Below the pieces are notes generated by a model. It was given only the letters and a program-made list of their open reading frames with translations, was not told where the DNA came from and did no database searches. A DNA stretch of 64,000 nt, taken from the NCBI GenBank assembly GCA_951406725.2, contig OX597814.1:205902001-205966000 (forward strand), written 5' to 3'. Both the position numbers and the translations under genes were made by a program. Position 1 is the first letter of the stretch; every line of letters begins with the position of its first letter. Of the stretch, positions 52,671 through 64,000 are shown one piece after another. Origin of the DNA: Octopus vulgaris. Its lineage: Eukaryota.

Positions 52671-54863
52671 TCAAATAACTTGATAAGCGTCTCCGGCATA
52701 TACATTAATTGTTTCGATAATATTATCTAACATGGTTATTGTTAACCTACGGTTTGTGTTTATTATAGACAATAATGTAGGTATCATAGACGTCATCAAT
52801 ATCAAAGTAATCCTTGTGAACGCTGATAAGTCCAAGTCTTCTCGACTTATTATATTGTTGCAAGCAAAGAAAAAAGATACGATTAGAAACAGTTTTATAA
52901 TGGATTTACCAATCTCGTATCTCAATGGAAAATGATGGTTAACAATTGTCTTGAATAGCTTGGCATTTATGAATTCCTCTCCATGGCTTGACTGAATCAA
53001 ACTTGGACAAACAGCTTTGGTGAGTTTTATAGACTGAACTATTATTGAGTTATACTGCTTTATGATGGCGTTCACAATTGCAACGGTATACACGAAAAAC
53101 ATGGCAACAAACCATACGTCCCCGACATTATCAGGTTCAGCAAGAACTGCAACCGCAATCGTAAATATGTAGTAGCATAAGATGTGAAAACTTGTAAGAA
53201 ATATATAGATTGTAACGAGAGTCCATAAAAAATACAATGGAAGCAATAGACAAGTAAAAAATACAGCAGTAATCTTAAAAATACGATTCTTGTTCCTACA
53301 GAGTGAGAAGATATAAAATTTAAAATAGCTGAAAGGTAAAGTTAAAATCAGATACATAATTGGGATTCCATAATAAACGAGGCACAGAAATAATTCACAG
53401 ACAGAAAATACAGCAAATAAAATTGTAATGGAAACAAAGAGCCAAAGTGCAATGAATTTCCAGAAAATATTTCTCCTGTAGTAATATAACCAAATTTTCT
53501 TTATACGGTTAATCCAAGTATAAATTATTAGATACCAGAAATTTGGGTTTAGAGTCAGAGAAATATTAGCTTTCATTACTGCATAGAGTAGATCATAATC
53601 CTGTAGTGTAGAAACATTTAAATTGCCATACTTCTGTAATAAACTCATATTTTGAATGAGAAACGTGAAAGTGGATCCTTGATGTAATGTATTATAAGCG
53701 ACAGTCTCACTTGCTCGAATGGGAAGAACGAAGAGGATAAAATAGAAACATACGTAACAGATTAACCACACAAACGGACCACCAAACCAGCCATCTGTAT
53801 TCTCATAACTTTCTGATATTCCTAATATTAAGGCGCGATGTCCCAATGGTATACCATCTTGGAAAAGAATTTCTATTGTTTCATATAAAAAGAAGTAATG
53901 CATCAAAAGATCCAGGAAAATTACTGAAAGAGAAGATAGAATAAAAAAGAATCTTCTTAATTTTGAGGCCAAGAAAGTGGAATGATGAAAGCAAAATAAC
54001 CAAGACAGAAAATGAGGGAAATTGTGAGTATTATGGTTTTCGTTGATCCATTCTAATTTGTATGGCAATGTGTTTTGATGGGGAAATGAAGGTGATTTCG
54101 TTAGTGAAAGAACACTAATAATTAAGGGAAAATATGCCCATACAACAGTTCCGACGATATTTGCATAATTGAGAAACATACTATTTTCCATGATATTTCC
54201 AGAACAAATTGATTTTGGGTGATAAACAAAGCTTTCATTTTTATAGAGTTTACAGCAATAGTTCTTCACCAACTCTCTATTTAAACCGATTCTTCTGTTA
54301 GCTTTTAATGACTCAGGGCTGTTCTTCTTCATGTCCTCAGATAAATTTATTAGAAAACACATGTAACCAGATTCTCCTATTTTTAATGTATCGATCACTG
54401 CGATTTTCTTCAATTCCTGGAAAATCAAATGTATTAAATCATATCTCTGAATATTTTCTTTCCCACAATTTATATCGATATCAACCCTCGGAGTAGCAAT
54501 GAAAGCTCCTAATACATTGAAAGAGCGCATTGAAAAATCATAATAGAAATTCTTATACGCTCTTAAACCATCTGGTTCGTCTGGAATCCAGGTAAATTCT
54601 CTCGCGTTTGCGAAATAATCCATTCGTACGGGTTTCAGAAGGTCATCAAGCCTTTTATCGGATAAATGGACATCAAAATTGAAAACCTTTTTGTCTGATC
54701 TTATTAAACGAGATAAAATCTTATGGATATTGGGAGAAATCTTAATTTCACAGTTATTTCCAAGTTCCTTCGCTTCTATGTTTAGTGATATTTGAACGAC
54801 AATAAAAGTAATCACAAGGAAAAGTGAACTGCTTGTTGTTATCGTCATCTGCATGGCAGCCAT
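52671..54863 (-). CDS. Paralogue C: intact 730-aa single-exon membrane protein (signal peptide, 6-Cys ectodomain, ~9-11 TM)
   Basis: 739-aa ORF in the track; the likely start is ATG 54863 (MAAMQ), because the upstream 9 codons span the splice acceptor. Hydrophobic N-terminus ending NIEA|KELG, N-glycosylation sequons NLS and NES, and many hydrophobic stretches from aa ~229. Confidence 0.92.
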   Translation of the reverse strand: MAAMQMTITTSSSLFLVITFIVVQISLNIEAKELGNNCEIKISPNIHKILSRLIRSDKKVFNFDVHLSDKRLDDLLKPVRMDYFANAREFTWIPDEPDGLRAYKNFYYDFSMRSFNVLGAFIATPRVDIDINCGKENIQRYDLIHLIFQELKKIAVIDTLKIGESGYMCFLINLSEDMKKNSPESLKANRRIGLNRELVKNYCCKLYKNESFVYHPKSICSGNIMENSMFLNYANIVGTVVWAYFPLIISVLSLTKSPSFPHQNTLPYKLEWINENHNTHNFPHFLSWLFCFHHSTFLASKLRRFFFILSSLSVIFLDLLMHYFFLYETIEILFQDGIPLGHRALILGISESYENTDGWFGGPFVWLICYVCFYFILFVLPIRASETVAYNTLHQGSTFTFLIQNMSLLQKYGNLNVSTLQDYDLLYAVMKANISLTLNPNFWYLIIYTWINRIKKIWLYYYRRNIFWKFIALWLFVSITILFAVFSVCELFLCLVYYGIPIMYLILTLPFSYFKFYIFSLCRNKNRIFKITAVFFTCLLLPLYFLWTLVTIYIFLTSFHILCYYIFTIAVAVLAEPDNVGDVWFVAMFFVYTVAIVNAIIKQYNSIIVQSIKLTKAVCPSLIQSSHGEEFINAKLFKTIVNHHFPLRYEIGKSIIKLFLIVSFFFACNNIISREDLDLSAFTRITLILMTSMIPTLLSIINTNRRLTITMLDNIIETINVYAGDAYQVI

Positions 54864-54873
54864 ATTTCGTTTT

Positions 54874-54897
54874 CTGTAAGAGAAAAACAAGATAGAT
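54874..54897 (-). promoter_or_regulatory. 3' splice acceptor 10 nt upstream of copy C ATG
   Basis: atctatcttgtttttctcttacAG|aaaacgaaatATG. Confidence 0.72.
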
Positions 54898-55588
54898 AGA
54901 AGTCATAAAATATTGAAGATTCATTTTAGTTTCGTTATTTTGTAAATATTTGAAATAAAGAGTATTTACTTAAAAATGAATGTAAATCTATTTTATTATT
55001 TATTTACTAGAAAAACAAATGTTGTGGCCAGCGGAGCAGAGGTCATATTGTATTTTGTTCTTTGCAAGTTCCTATTTTAGTTGTAATATTTCCTAATTTG
55101 AACTTGAATGAATTTTTGTGAATTTCCTGGCTGCAAGAAATAAGAGAAATAAATAAGAGAAAACTATTTTGGCAAGGCTAATAAGGATGGAGAAGACGAA
55201 AAAGAAAAGGAAACAAAACCCGGAAGTCTCTGTAATCCAGAGGTTCCCCAAGAGTATGGATCACCCGCCCCGGTGAACGACCAGACAGAAAAGGATAGGG
55301 GAGACAAGGAAGCAGTAAGTGGGGAATCCTCGTGCCAGCGGTCCTAGAAAGGAACGGAGTCCTCACTCCATTAGAAAACCAGAAGAAAAAAGTTTCTAAA
55401 ACAAGAAAAAGAAGGACGGAAAACAAAAATAAAGAAGGAAAGGAAGAAAAAGGAAAAGGCAAAAGAACCAAAACCGAAACCCCAACTCCCAACCAAACAA
55501 TAGAAAACCCCATGGAGGATCCAATGCCATCCAAAACCCTGCAGGAAAGAAGAAATCTGGAAGGCAACCAAGAACCTGCACATTTTAC

Positions 55589-57440
55589 ATGCAAGGCAAA
55601 TGTTGGCATGGGGAGGACGGCAAAAAAGAAATAGCCTCAGTACACTGCAAGATAGGAACCCCCCTCCAAAAGGATGGTTCCCTCATAGCCTGTCCAACTA
55701 AAATCAGTGAGATACTGAATGACCAGTTCAAAAGTTTCTTTACCACCCCGTTGGAACACAGACAAGTGAACGAGCCAATGGGCTTCTTTGCCACCTCACC
55801 TATAACCAGCGAGGCAGTTACAATGGAATACATTGACATTAGCGGAGAAGATATACAACTAGCCATAGATGAAGTGGACACAAACTCAACTGCTGGTCCT
55901 GATGCTTTCCCAGCAACCCTCCTCAAATCGTGTAAGCATGCCCTGGCAAAACCCCTCCAGATTCTCTTCCCGAGCTTTCTTACAAATGGAAAACTGCCAA
56001 GCAAACTGAAGGAGACAATAATATGTCCAATACATAAAGGGGGAAGTAGAGCAGATGATAAAAACTATAGGCCTATCTCTCTGACTTCACACATCAGCTA
56101 AGTCATAGAATGGATAGTCAGAGGGAAACTAATAGCATTCCTTGAAGAAAATAACTTGCTGAGTGATACCCAGCATGGTTTTCCACCAGGTAGAAGCTGC
56201 CTGACCCAGCACTTACAACATTATGACTGGGTGTTAAGGAAGTTACCCAACAAATCAAACTTTTGACAAGGTGGATCATGGTATGATATGCCACAAACTG
56301 CGTGACCTTGGCATAGCTGGAAAACTTGGAGAGTGGTTACATGACTTCCTGAAAGATAGGAGTCAAGCAGTAGTGGCTAATGGATCCACCTCTATGAACA
56401 CACATATAGTGAGCGGTGTTCCACAGGACACTGTCTTGGGGCCACTGCTTTTTATAGTGACCCTCTCAGATATGCCCTCAAATGCCCGGATAGCCACCCT
56501 TGCAAGCAATGCAAATGATACGAAAGTCTCGCAAAAAATACAGAACCTCAGCGATGTTGCACACCTGCAGAAGGAGTTGGACTTAATTTACAGATAGGCT
56601 GAGGATAATAATATGCAGTTTAATGTAAAATTTACAGGGTACACCGGTCCAAATGGAATTTTAATCTCAGAGCCTAAGTCAGTGAGGGACCTGGGTATCG
56701 ACGTGAGTGATGATACCTCTTTCCAAGTGCACATTACTAGGATGGCGACAAAGTGCAGACGATTGGCTGGATGGATCCTAAGAACATTCAGAATCAGAGA
56801 TAAGGAAACCATGATGGTCCTCTGGCGGATATTCGTCCTCAGCCACCTGGATTACTGCTCACAGCTATAGTCAGCCACCATTGTGAAATTAACAGCGGAC
56901 CTTGAAGCAATCCAGAGAAGATTCACAAAGAAGATCGTCTCTTTGCAACAGCTCAGCTACTGGGAAAGGTTGAAACAGCTAAGACTCTACTCCCTGGAGA
57001 GAAGACGGGAGAGGTATGCAATAATATGTATCTGGAAGATCCTGGAAGGAATTGTGCCAAATTTTGGCATTGACAGCTACACCAATGCCAGAACGGGACG
57101 ACGCTGCACAGTGCCAAAGATCCCAGCAATGCCATCATGCTTCAGGACTAGTTACTGCAAAAGCCTGGGTTTCAATGGCCCACAACTTTTCAATATTCTC
57201 CCAGAGAGTCTGAAGAACTTGCACAAAGTAGATGTAGGGGTTTTTAAATCAAAGCTGTACCTCTTCCTGTCGAGAGTCCCAGATGAACCTACCTCACGGC
57301 AAGAGGTGCAAATAAGGGTAGCTATATCAAACTCCATTCTTCACCAAGTGCCACATATTAGAGGAGGCTCTTAGTAATAACAGTGTAGCAAAACGAAGGT
57401 GCATCAGCATGGCCGCAGCTCTGAGCTGAAACTAGAGAGA
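55589..57440 (+). mobile_element. CR1-like LINE 3' half (RT), degenerate
   Basis: YRPISLTSHIS, DHG..CHKL..LGIAG, SGVPQDTVLGPLLF, ANDTK, SHLDYCSQL, LYSLERRRERY. Confidence 0.85.
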
Positions 57441-57445
57441 AAATA

Positions 57446-57504
<59 letters not shown>

Positions 57505-57510
<6 letters not shown>

Positions 57511-59200
57511 AAAAAGCAACAAGAATGGATCAATATTTCGGTACAATTGTTTCGTACGAAGACATCTTTATTAAGGCTGCAAATATTGCAGTAAATATAA
57601 GTGACCCGTACTCATCAGCCGAAAAAACATCTGAGTTCTCCAAACATCTAAAACATGATAAATTTAGATAAAACAAAGAAGCATGAAATTAGTAGCATTG
57701 ATAAAGAGAACTTACATATTCCTAATAAAAGTAGTAACAATAGCCACGTAAACAACAATAGGGATCACGCCAGAAACAAAAGTAGAAGTAGATTTACGGT
57801 GACAACTAATCTAAATGTAAGTAAGAATAATGATAAGAACATAGACCAGAACATAGTTAATACGGATAGGATAAATTTAGATAATACAAAGAGGCATGCA
57901 AATAGGAACATTAATAAACACAATGACTCTGGTGAAAGTAGGAATGATTCAACTAACCCCAATTCTAATTCTAGGAAATTTAATAAGAAGGATATAATGT
58001 GACTAAATATTCCTTTCAACTGTGCGATTCTATCAGATATTCAGAGTAGATTCAAAATAATTCTGGAAAAGAACTTCCCAACCTCTCATAGATATCATAA
58101 AATTATTTCTAAAAAAACGGTCAGAATTTCTTATTCAACCCTCCCAAATATGTCCACTTTAATAGCTAAGATCAATAATAATAACATTAAACTAGCCAGG
58201 AAAAATTTAAATAATAACATTAGGAATACAAATGGCAATTGTAGTAACATTACCGAAATTAATAATAGCCACAATAATAATAATAACTACCATAACATAG
58301 GTATAACCAATAGCCATAGAATAGCTAGTAATTATAATAATACAAATATGAACAATTATGTTAATAATAGGAATAATACCAATAAAGAAAATACCGAGAA
58401 TAAAGACAACAATGATATCTATAGTAACAGTATACATTTAGAAACTGATACTGGCAATAATAGTAGCAATACCAATAATGTTAGTAATTATGGTAGGAAT
58501 ATAGAATTAAATGATAGTGTAGAAAGACCGATAAATGATAATACTGCTTTAGATAACAACATTAACTATAATAAAGATAACACTATTTTAGATAGCAGCA
58601 GTAACCATAATAGCGTAAAATATACTCACAATATTTTGAATAGCAGTAATATGAGACATCTTTCCTTGAGTAATTCCACATCAGAAAATGACCCCCCTAG
58701 GTGTAACTGTAGAATTAGATCAAAATTCCCGGCACCTGGTCTATGCGCGTTAAATAACGTAATCTATAAATGCACCATAACCACAGAGAATAACAAATTT
58801 ATTTATTTAGGATGTACTATTAATTTTAAGAAACGTCTTAGCAATCATCTCTCTTCTTTCAAATTACGTCATAAAGCTGATAGCACCACACTTTCAAGTA
58901 AAATCTAGGAACTCAAAAACAATAATATTAAGTATAACCTTAATTGGGAATTAGTTAGAAGAGCTATACCTTATAAAAATAGCAGAGTTGGTTGTCAACT
59001 TTGCTCCATGGAAACATTTGAAATACTAATGCATAGAAGAAATGATAATTTGTTGAATAACCGTATAGAATTGAGTCAGTCTTGTATTCACGCTAGGATT
59101 AAGACTCTAAAATATTTTAAATGATAACCGTATATAAAAATCATTTTGTGATTTTTCTATCTTACTTATACTAATAATGCAATACTCTTATATTATATAT
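57505..59200 (+). mobile_element. Penelope-like element relic (RT thumb remnant + Asn-rich insert + GIY-YIG)
   Basis: LNIPFN..FKIILEKNFPTSHRYHKII..TVRISYSTLPNM; CNCR..C..NNVIYKCTI..IYLGCT.NFKKRLSNHLSSF; W.LV, CQLC..E. Starts at (TA)n. The right boundary is approximate. Confidence 0.75.
57536..57624 (-). ncRNA. Type I hammerhead ribozyme, canonical core
   Basis: Minus strand: UUUCGG-CUGAUGA-GUACG...CGUAC-GAAA-CAAUUG-UA-CCGAAA. Stem I is 6 bp, stem II is at least 5 bp, stem III is palindromic, and cleavage is predicted after GUA (57542/57541). Confidence 0.85.
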
Positions 59201-59574
59201 TATATATTATATATTAATTAGATAGCTACGAGCTCATAGGCTATGGTCATTTTCTCTCTAACTGTACCAGGTTTGATACATAAAGAAATAAATTAGTTGC
59301 AAATAAATTTTCATTCTAATAGGCTATATAGATGATTTAAATTAATTCTATCTAATTTTTTAATCTAATGTAGGTAATTCAAACTTATAGCAAATTAGTT
59401 AATTAGACTCCGTAGTTCTTTTATATACTACTAGTAAATATTGCTAATCCCATAAAAATAATATAACGTTTTTTCATTATGAAAAACAACTCACAATCCT
59501 TTCTTTTGACCCCTTAATGTAGTCCCGAAGTCTGCCCGAAGCAGCAAGTACTTCTGGTAACTTGACAGATATAT

Positions 59575-59960
59575 ATCGTGGCACTCCATCGGTTACGACA
59601 ACAAGGGTTCCAGTTGATCCGATCAACGGAACAGCCTGCTTGTGAAACTAACGTGCAAGTGGTTGAGCACTCCACAGACACTTGTACCCTTAACGTAGTT
59701 CTCAGGGAGATTCAGCGTGACACAGGGTGTGACAAGTCTGCCCCTTTGAAATATAGGTACAAGAGAAACAGGAAGAAAGTGTGAGAGAAAGTAGCGGTGA
59801 AAGAGTACAGCAAGGTGCGGTACCAGCCCCTACCGGAGCATCGAAGACTTTGTAGGTGTTTTTTCTCAATAAACACTAACAACGCCGGGTCTGGCTATCG
59901 AAACCGCGATCCCATGACCGCGAGTCCGCTCTCCTAACCACTGAGCCATTGCGCCACCAC
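59575..59960 (-). mobile_element. tRNA-derived SINE
   Basis: Minus-strand head ggcgcaaTGGCTCAGTGGttagg...GGTTTCGATAGCC (A and B boxes) followed by a non-tRNA body. Confidence 0.7.
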
Positions 59961-60203
59961 CTCCACATATATATAAATCTAAGATCCAGTGACCGAGGTC
60001 TAAGAATAAAGTTATCTTCAAGCAATCCCTAGTCAATATTACAAAAAAAAATCTTTCAGAGACAGCGCTTTATTGAGACGGAAATTTGTGGATTTTTCTC
60101 GTATCGAAGTAAGATAAGCTGAAGAAGTTGTTTTTATATTTCACGGTAGGCGACCAGGTTTGACGGGTGTCCGAATAAAAACACAGGGTTTACTCCATAA
60201 CTC

Positions 60204-60280
<77 letters not shown>

Positions 60281-60290
60281 CGTGTATAAA

Positions 60291-61003
60291 CGAGGGTACT
60301 ACATGAGTAGCTGCATCGCTAAAAACAGAAGTCAAAAATATTTTTCTGCAACGGATCTGTCACAAATCTAATACAGGCATGGTAGGAAAACATTCCAGTG
60401 AACAGTAAAATCGTCTTACCTCTGCTAGGTGAGCACAGGTAAAGCTGGTCAATCTGATGCCATGGTTTTCAAATTAGTACCAAAATGGTGCCTGTTTCGC
60501 CTCAGTCACAATCAGTCGACGAACTAATACTAAAATTTTCCCCACAATGCCTGAAAAACTATTTAAACAAAAGAAATACGTGAAACTATCTATAAGTAAA
60601 TATAAGAGCGATTGTACTACTAAAATGCCATCAGTAGTAGTAAGCGAATATCAGCTGTACAGGCAAATTAATAGAATATATACATACAATATAAAACATG
60701 TACTTACATGTATATATACACGAGGGAGGTACGTAAATAAGTGCATCGCTAAAAATAGAGGTCAAAAATACTTCTCGGCCACGGAACAGTCACAAATCTA
60801 ATATACGCAATGGCAGGAAAAAAATCCTGTGAACAATATAATGGTCTTAGCTCTGCTAGATCAGCACGAGTAATTCTGGTCAATCTGACACCAGGGTTCC
60901 GAAATTAGCACACAAAAGTGCCTGTTTCTCCTCATTCAGGGTCTGGCAGAGACGTATTTTTGATTTCTATTTTCAGCGATGCAGGTACTCATGCAGTACC
61001 CTC

Positions 61004-61004
<1 letters not shown>
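60291..61004. mobile_element. mariner-type MITE (60721-61004) with an additional left half (60291-60520)
   Basis: cgaggg..catcgctaaaaa.aga.gtcaaaaata at 60291 and 60721; inverted copy ending ccctcg|TA at 61004. Confidence 0.6.
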
Positions 61005-61080
<76 letters not shown>

Positions 61081-61083
61081 CAT

Positions 61084-61116
<33 letters not shown>

Positions 61117-61312
61117 AAGTAAATAAATGGCACAACGAAGCACCGATATTTACTGGAAAATAGCGAACGCAATAAATACGACGCTAATGTATAGCTTCAC
61201 TGCGTTGTACTGGTAAAGATGCGTGTGTGTAACAAACATGAAAAAAATTGTCTTACCTCTAGGAAGAACATCTGAAAAATGAAAAACCTAGAAACGGATA
61301 ATGCAGACATAT

Positions 61313-61388
<76 letters not shown>

Positions 61389-61576
61389 ATATATATATAC
61401 ATATAAATACACACATATATGTATGTATGTGTATGTATATATACATAGATAGATATATATAACAACAAACAATGCACAAAGACAATCTTATCTTTATTTC
61501 AGGTCACACCAAATAACCAGCCATTGTTTTAATTGCAGTAACTCACACACACACACACATATTACAAACATATGCA

Positions 61577-61623
<47 letters not shown>

Positions 61624-61629
61624 GTGTAT

Positions 61630-61950
61630 ATATTCTTTTATTCTTTTATATGTTTGAGATAATTGATTGCGGCCATGCTGCGGCACGGCCCTTAGTCGAA
61701 CACTCCAAAACTTATTCTTTGTAAGCCTGGTACTTATTCTATCGATATCTTTTACAGAACCGCTAGGTTACGGAGACATAAACACACCAACGTCGGTTGT
61801 CAAGCGATGGTGGGGGTATAACTCCCGACACACAGGCACACACGCTCAAACACACACACACACATAAACGACAGGCTTCTCTCAGTTTCGCTCTACTAAA
61901 TCCACTCACAAGGCGTTGGTCAGCCCGAGGCTATAGTGGAAGACACTAAT
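61630..61950 (-). mobile_element. Octopus-type SINE (5'-truncated)
   Basis: Homologous to 62045-62465. Confidence 0.7.
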
Positions 61951-62044
61951 AACTAGGAAAATATGTGTGTGTGTCTCCGTGTGTTTTTGCGCGCGCACGC
62001 GTGTGTGTATATGTGTGTGCGCACCATATATATACACATATATA

Positions 62045-62459
62045 TATTCTTTTACTATTTTACTCTTTTACTTGTTTCACTGATCTGATTGCGGCAATGC
62101 TGGATCACCAGCTTTAATCGAATAAATCGATACAAGACTTATTCTTTGCACGTCTGGTACTTATTCTATCCCAATATTTTCGCCGAACTGCTAAGTGTCG
62201 GGGACATAAATACACCAGCAACGGTTGTCAAGCGAAGGGGGACGGGGGACAAATACTGACGCAAACAACAAACGCATATAAATATATATATATATATGCG
62301 AAGGGATTCTTTCAGTTTCCATCTACCAAATCCACTCTCAGGCCTTTGGTCGATCCGAGGCTACAGTGGGAGACACTTGCCCAAGGTGCCACGTAGTAGG
62401 ACTGAACCCAGAGTTATGTGGTTGGTAAGCAAGGTTCTTACGAAACAGCCCCTCCTGCG

Positions 62460-62465
<6 letters not shown>
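62045..62465 (-). mobile_element. Octopus-type tRNA-derived SINE, near full length
   Basis: Head ataggcgcaggag..GGTTCAGTCC and body ggcaagtgtct...ggatttggtagatggaaactgaaagaa; flanked by (TA)n. Confidence 0.75.
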
Positions 62466-62515
<50 letters not shown>

Positions 62516-63362
62516 CATATAGCAAATTAGAAAATGGAGTGGATACGAAACGGCAAGCATCATCCGGTAGACATTCCAGTGTGTCTGTTTATTCGAAAGC
62601 ATTAGAAAGTATTAGAAGAAAACATACACATGTAGTAACCATGTGTTACACACACATGTATTAATATTACAGGAAAGAGCAAAAGATCAGTTCCTTACGG
62701 CCGTTTCTGCTAAGAAGCAACGAAATCCTACATGCCATCTCCATCTCTTCAGTGTTCTGTAGGGATGGGCAGATAAGTTTTGGATCATGAGTGTGCCTCT
62801 AGGCTGCTTCAGAGGGTCTAAGTGGTTAGGAGGGCTAATACATATAATTAACAATTAACAATAGGTGCAGTGTATTTGTCATTATAGAAAAGAGCAGAAA
62901 AACAATAGGAGCAAACATGAGACTGTGAGAGAAGGACAACTTATTGAAATGAATTAGGTACAGAAAGGGGAAATAAGCTACGAACTTCCCTTGGTGTAAT
63001 CCAGGATCCATGTTATTCCATCCAATGGTGGATAGATGAGTATAGTCGTTCTTGGGAGGAGTTTTTAGGAAGGGCGAATTTAGGCATTAGTTCGCATTAT
63101 GTTTGCATAGAAATTCACATAATGTTTACATAGAAATAAAGTGGTGGATTTGAAGGAACGGTCCGTGTTACAGAGGTGAAAGTTCATATGTAAAGTGCCA
63201 GCTAGTAGGTTCGAATTTGCGGAAAGAATGGCATAAGCAGCCTATGATGGTGAACCCACCATGGGAAAATTTGGTATATAAGCGTACTAATGAGAGTAAG
63301 GAACCAGATGGTGACTAAAAGGCACTATCCCTTATTGGTTGGCTTCACAACCTCTAACTCTC

Positions 63363-63397
<35 letters not shown>

Positions 63398-63445
63398 CAA
63401 TATAGGGTAGCAAAAAATTCAATAGAAATTATTTCGCCACCAGCT

Positions 63446-63553
63446 TCTTTACCGATGAGACGAGCCATTGGTAGATTGACTTGATTAAGTTTAATTTAAT
63501 TTGATTAGGCTGGTTTGCCATTAAAAACGTCGAAACAATGCATTGTCTACAGA
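63446..63553 (+). ncRNA. Type I hammerhead ribozyme motif with U4->C core variant
   Basis: tcttta-CCGATGA-gacg...cgtc-GAAA-caatgcattg-TC-tacaga; it lies in a ~290-bp segment bounded by (TA)n. Confidence 0.6.
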
Positions 63554-63676
63554 TAAATAGGGTAAATGTTTTTAAATTTTCCTTTAATTTCTGAATTACT
63601 ACTACTTGGTGGTTTGAGTCCTGGCTGCTCTTTCTAGTGGGTCGAATGGCCTATTGAGGCCGTTCCTCAATTGTTG

Positions 63677-63750
<74 letters not shown>

Positions 63751-63761
63751 GAATGTATATA

Positions 63762-63924
63762 TGCGAAGGGATTCTTTCAGTTTCCATCTACCAAATCCAC
63801 TCACAAGGCTTTGGTCAGTCCGAGGCCATAGTGGAAGACACTTGCTCAAGATGCCACGTAGTAGGACTGAACCTAGAACCATGTGGTTGATAAGCAACCT
63901 ACTTACCACACAGCCTCTCCTGCG

Positions 63925-63930
<6 letters not shown>
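63762..63930 (-). mobile_element. SINE head (same family as 62045-62465)
   Basis: Near-identical to 62297-62465; tRNA-like A and B boxes. Confidence 0.75.
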
Positions 63931-63992
<62 letters not shown>

Positions 63993-64000
63993 AACTATAT

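Noticed and set aside
52671-54863. Identification as a cephalopod chemotactile (Cys-loop) receptor or a GPCR
   Set aside because: Too many hydrophobic segments and too long for a 4-TM Cys-loop subunit; no DRY/NPxxY or GPS motif seen. No gene symbol assigned.
54864-54890. N-terminal MFFSYRKRN extension in the ORF track for B and C
   Set aside because: It starts at a TTG and spans the splice acceptor; copy A has an in-frame stop there.
55178-55634. Lys-rich and Phe-rich ORFs upstream of gene C
   Set aside because: Low-complexity purine-rich sequence adjoining the CR1 relic; probably TE-derived, with no recognisable domain.
59885-59960. tRNA-like sequences here and at 62400-62465 and 63860-63930
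   Set aside because: A and B boxes run into SINE bodies, with no convincing acceptor stem; these are SINE heads.
62690-62815. Possible fifth hammerhead on the minus strand (GAAA-CGGCCG-UA-agg)
   Set aside because: The upstream CUGAAGA has no matching stem I, and the alternative CUGAAGC has a broken core and no clear stem II. Too degenerate to call.

Overview
AT-rich, microsatellite- and transposon-dense animal genomic DNA. The tRNA-derived SINEs and the repeat landscape look like Octopus/coleoid cephalopod; this is pattern recognition, not a database result. The only host genes visible are three tandem, minus-strand paralogues of an intronless ~730-aa membrane protein that I cannot assign to a named family. 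It has a signal peptide, a ~200-aa ectodomain with six conserved Cys, and roughly 9-11 hydrophobic helices. Copy C (52671-54863) is intact. Copy B (31413-33603) carries two 1-bp deletions in homopolymers. Copy A (1766 to the window edge) is a stop-free frame that the ORF track misses. Each copy has a splice acceptor exactly 10 nt before its ATG. The spacers hold R4/Dong-like LINEs nested in (TAA)n and (TACA)n, a chimeric Tx1/L1-clade LINE, CR1- and RTE-like LINEs, Penelope-like GIY-YIG relics, two Helitrons, piggyBac, mariner and Tc1 relics, a non-autonomous LTR element and SINEs. Four type-I hammerhead ribozyme motifs lie near (TA)n-bounded, probably Penelope-like segments, and one of them (57536-57624) has a perfect core.
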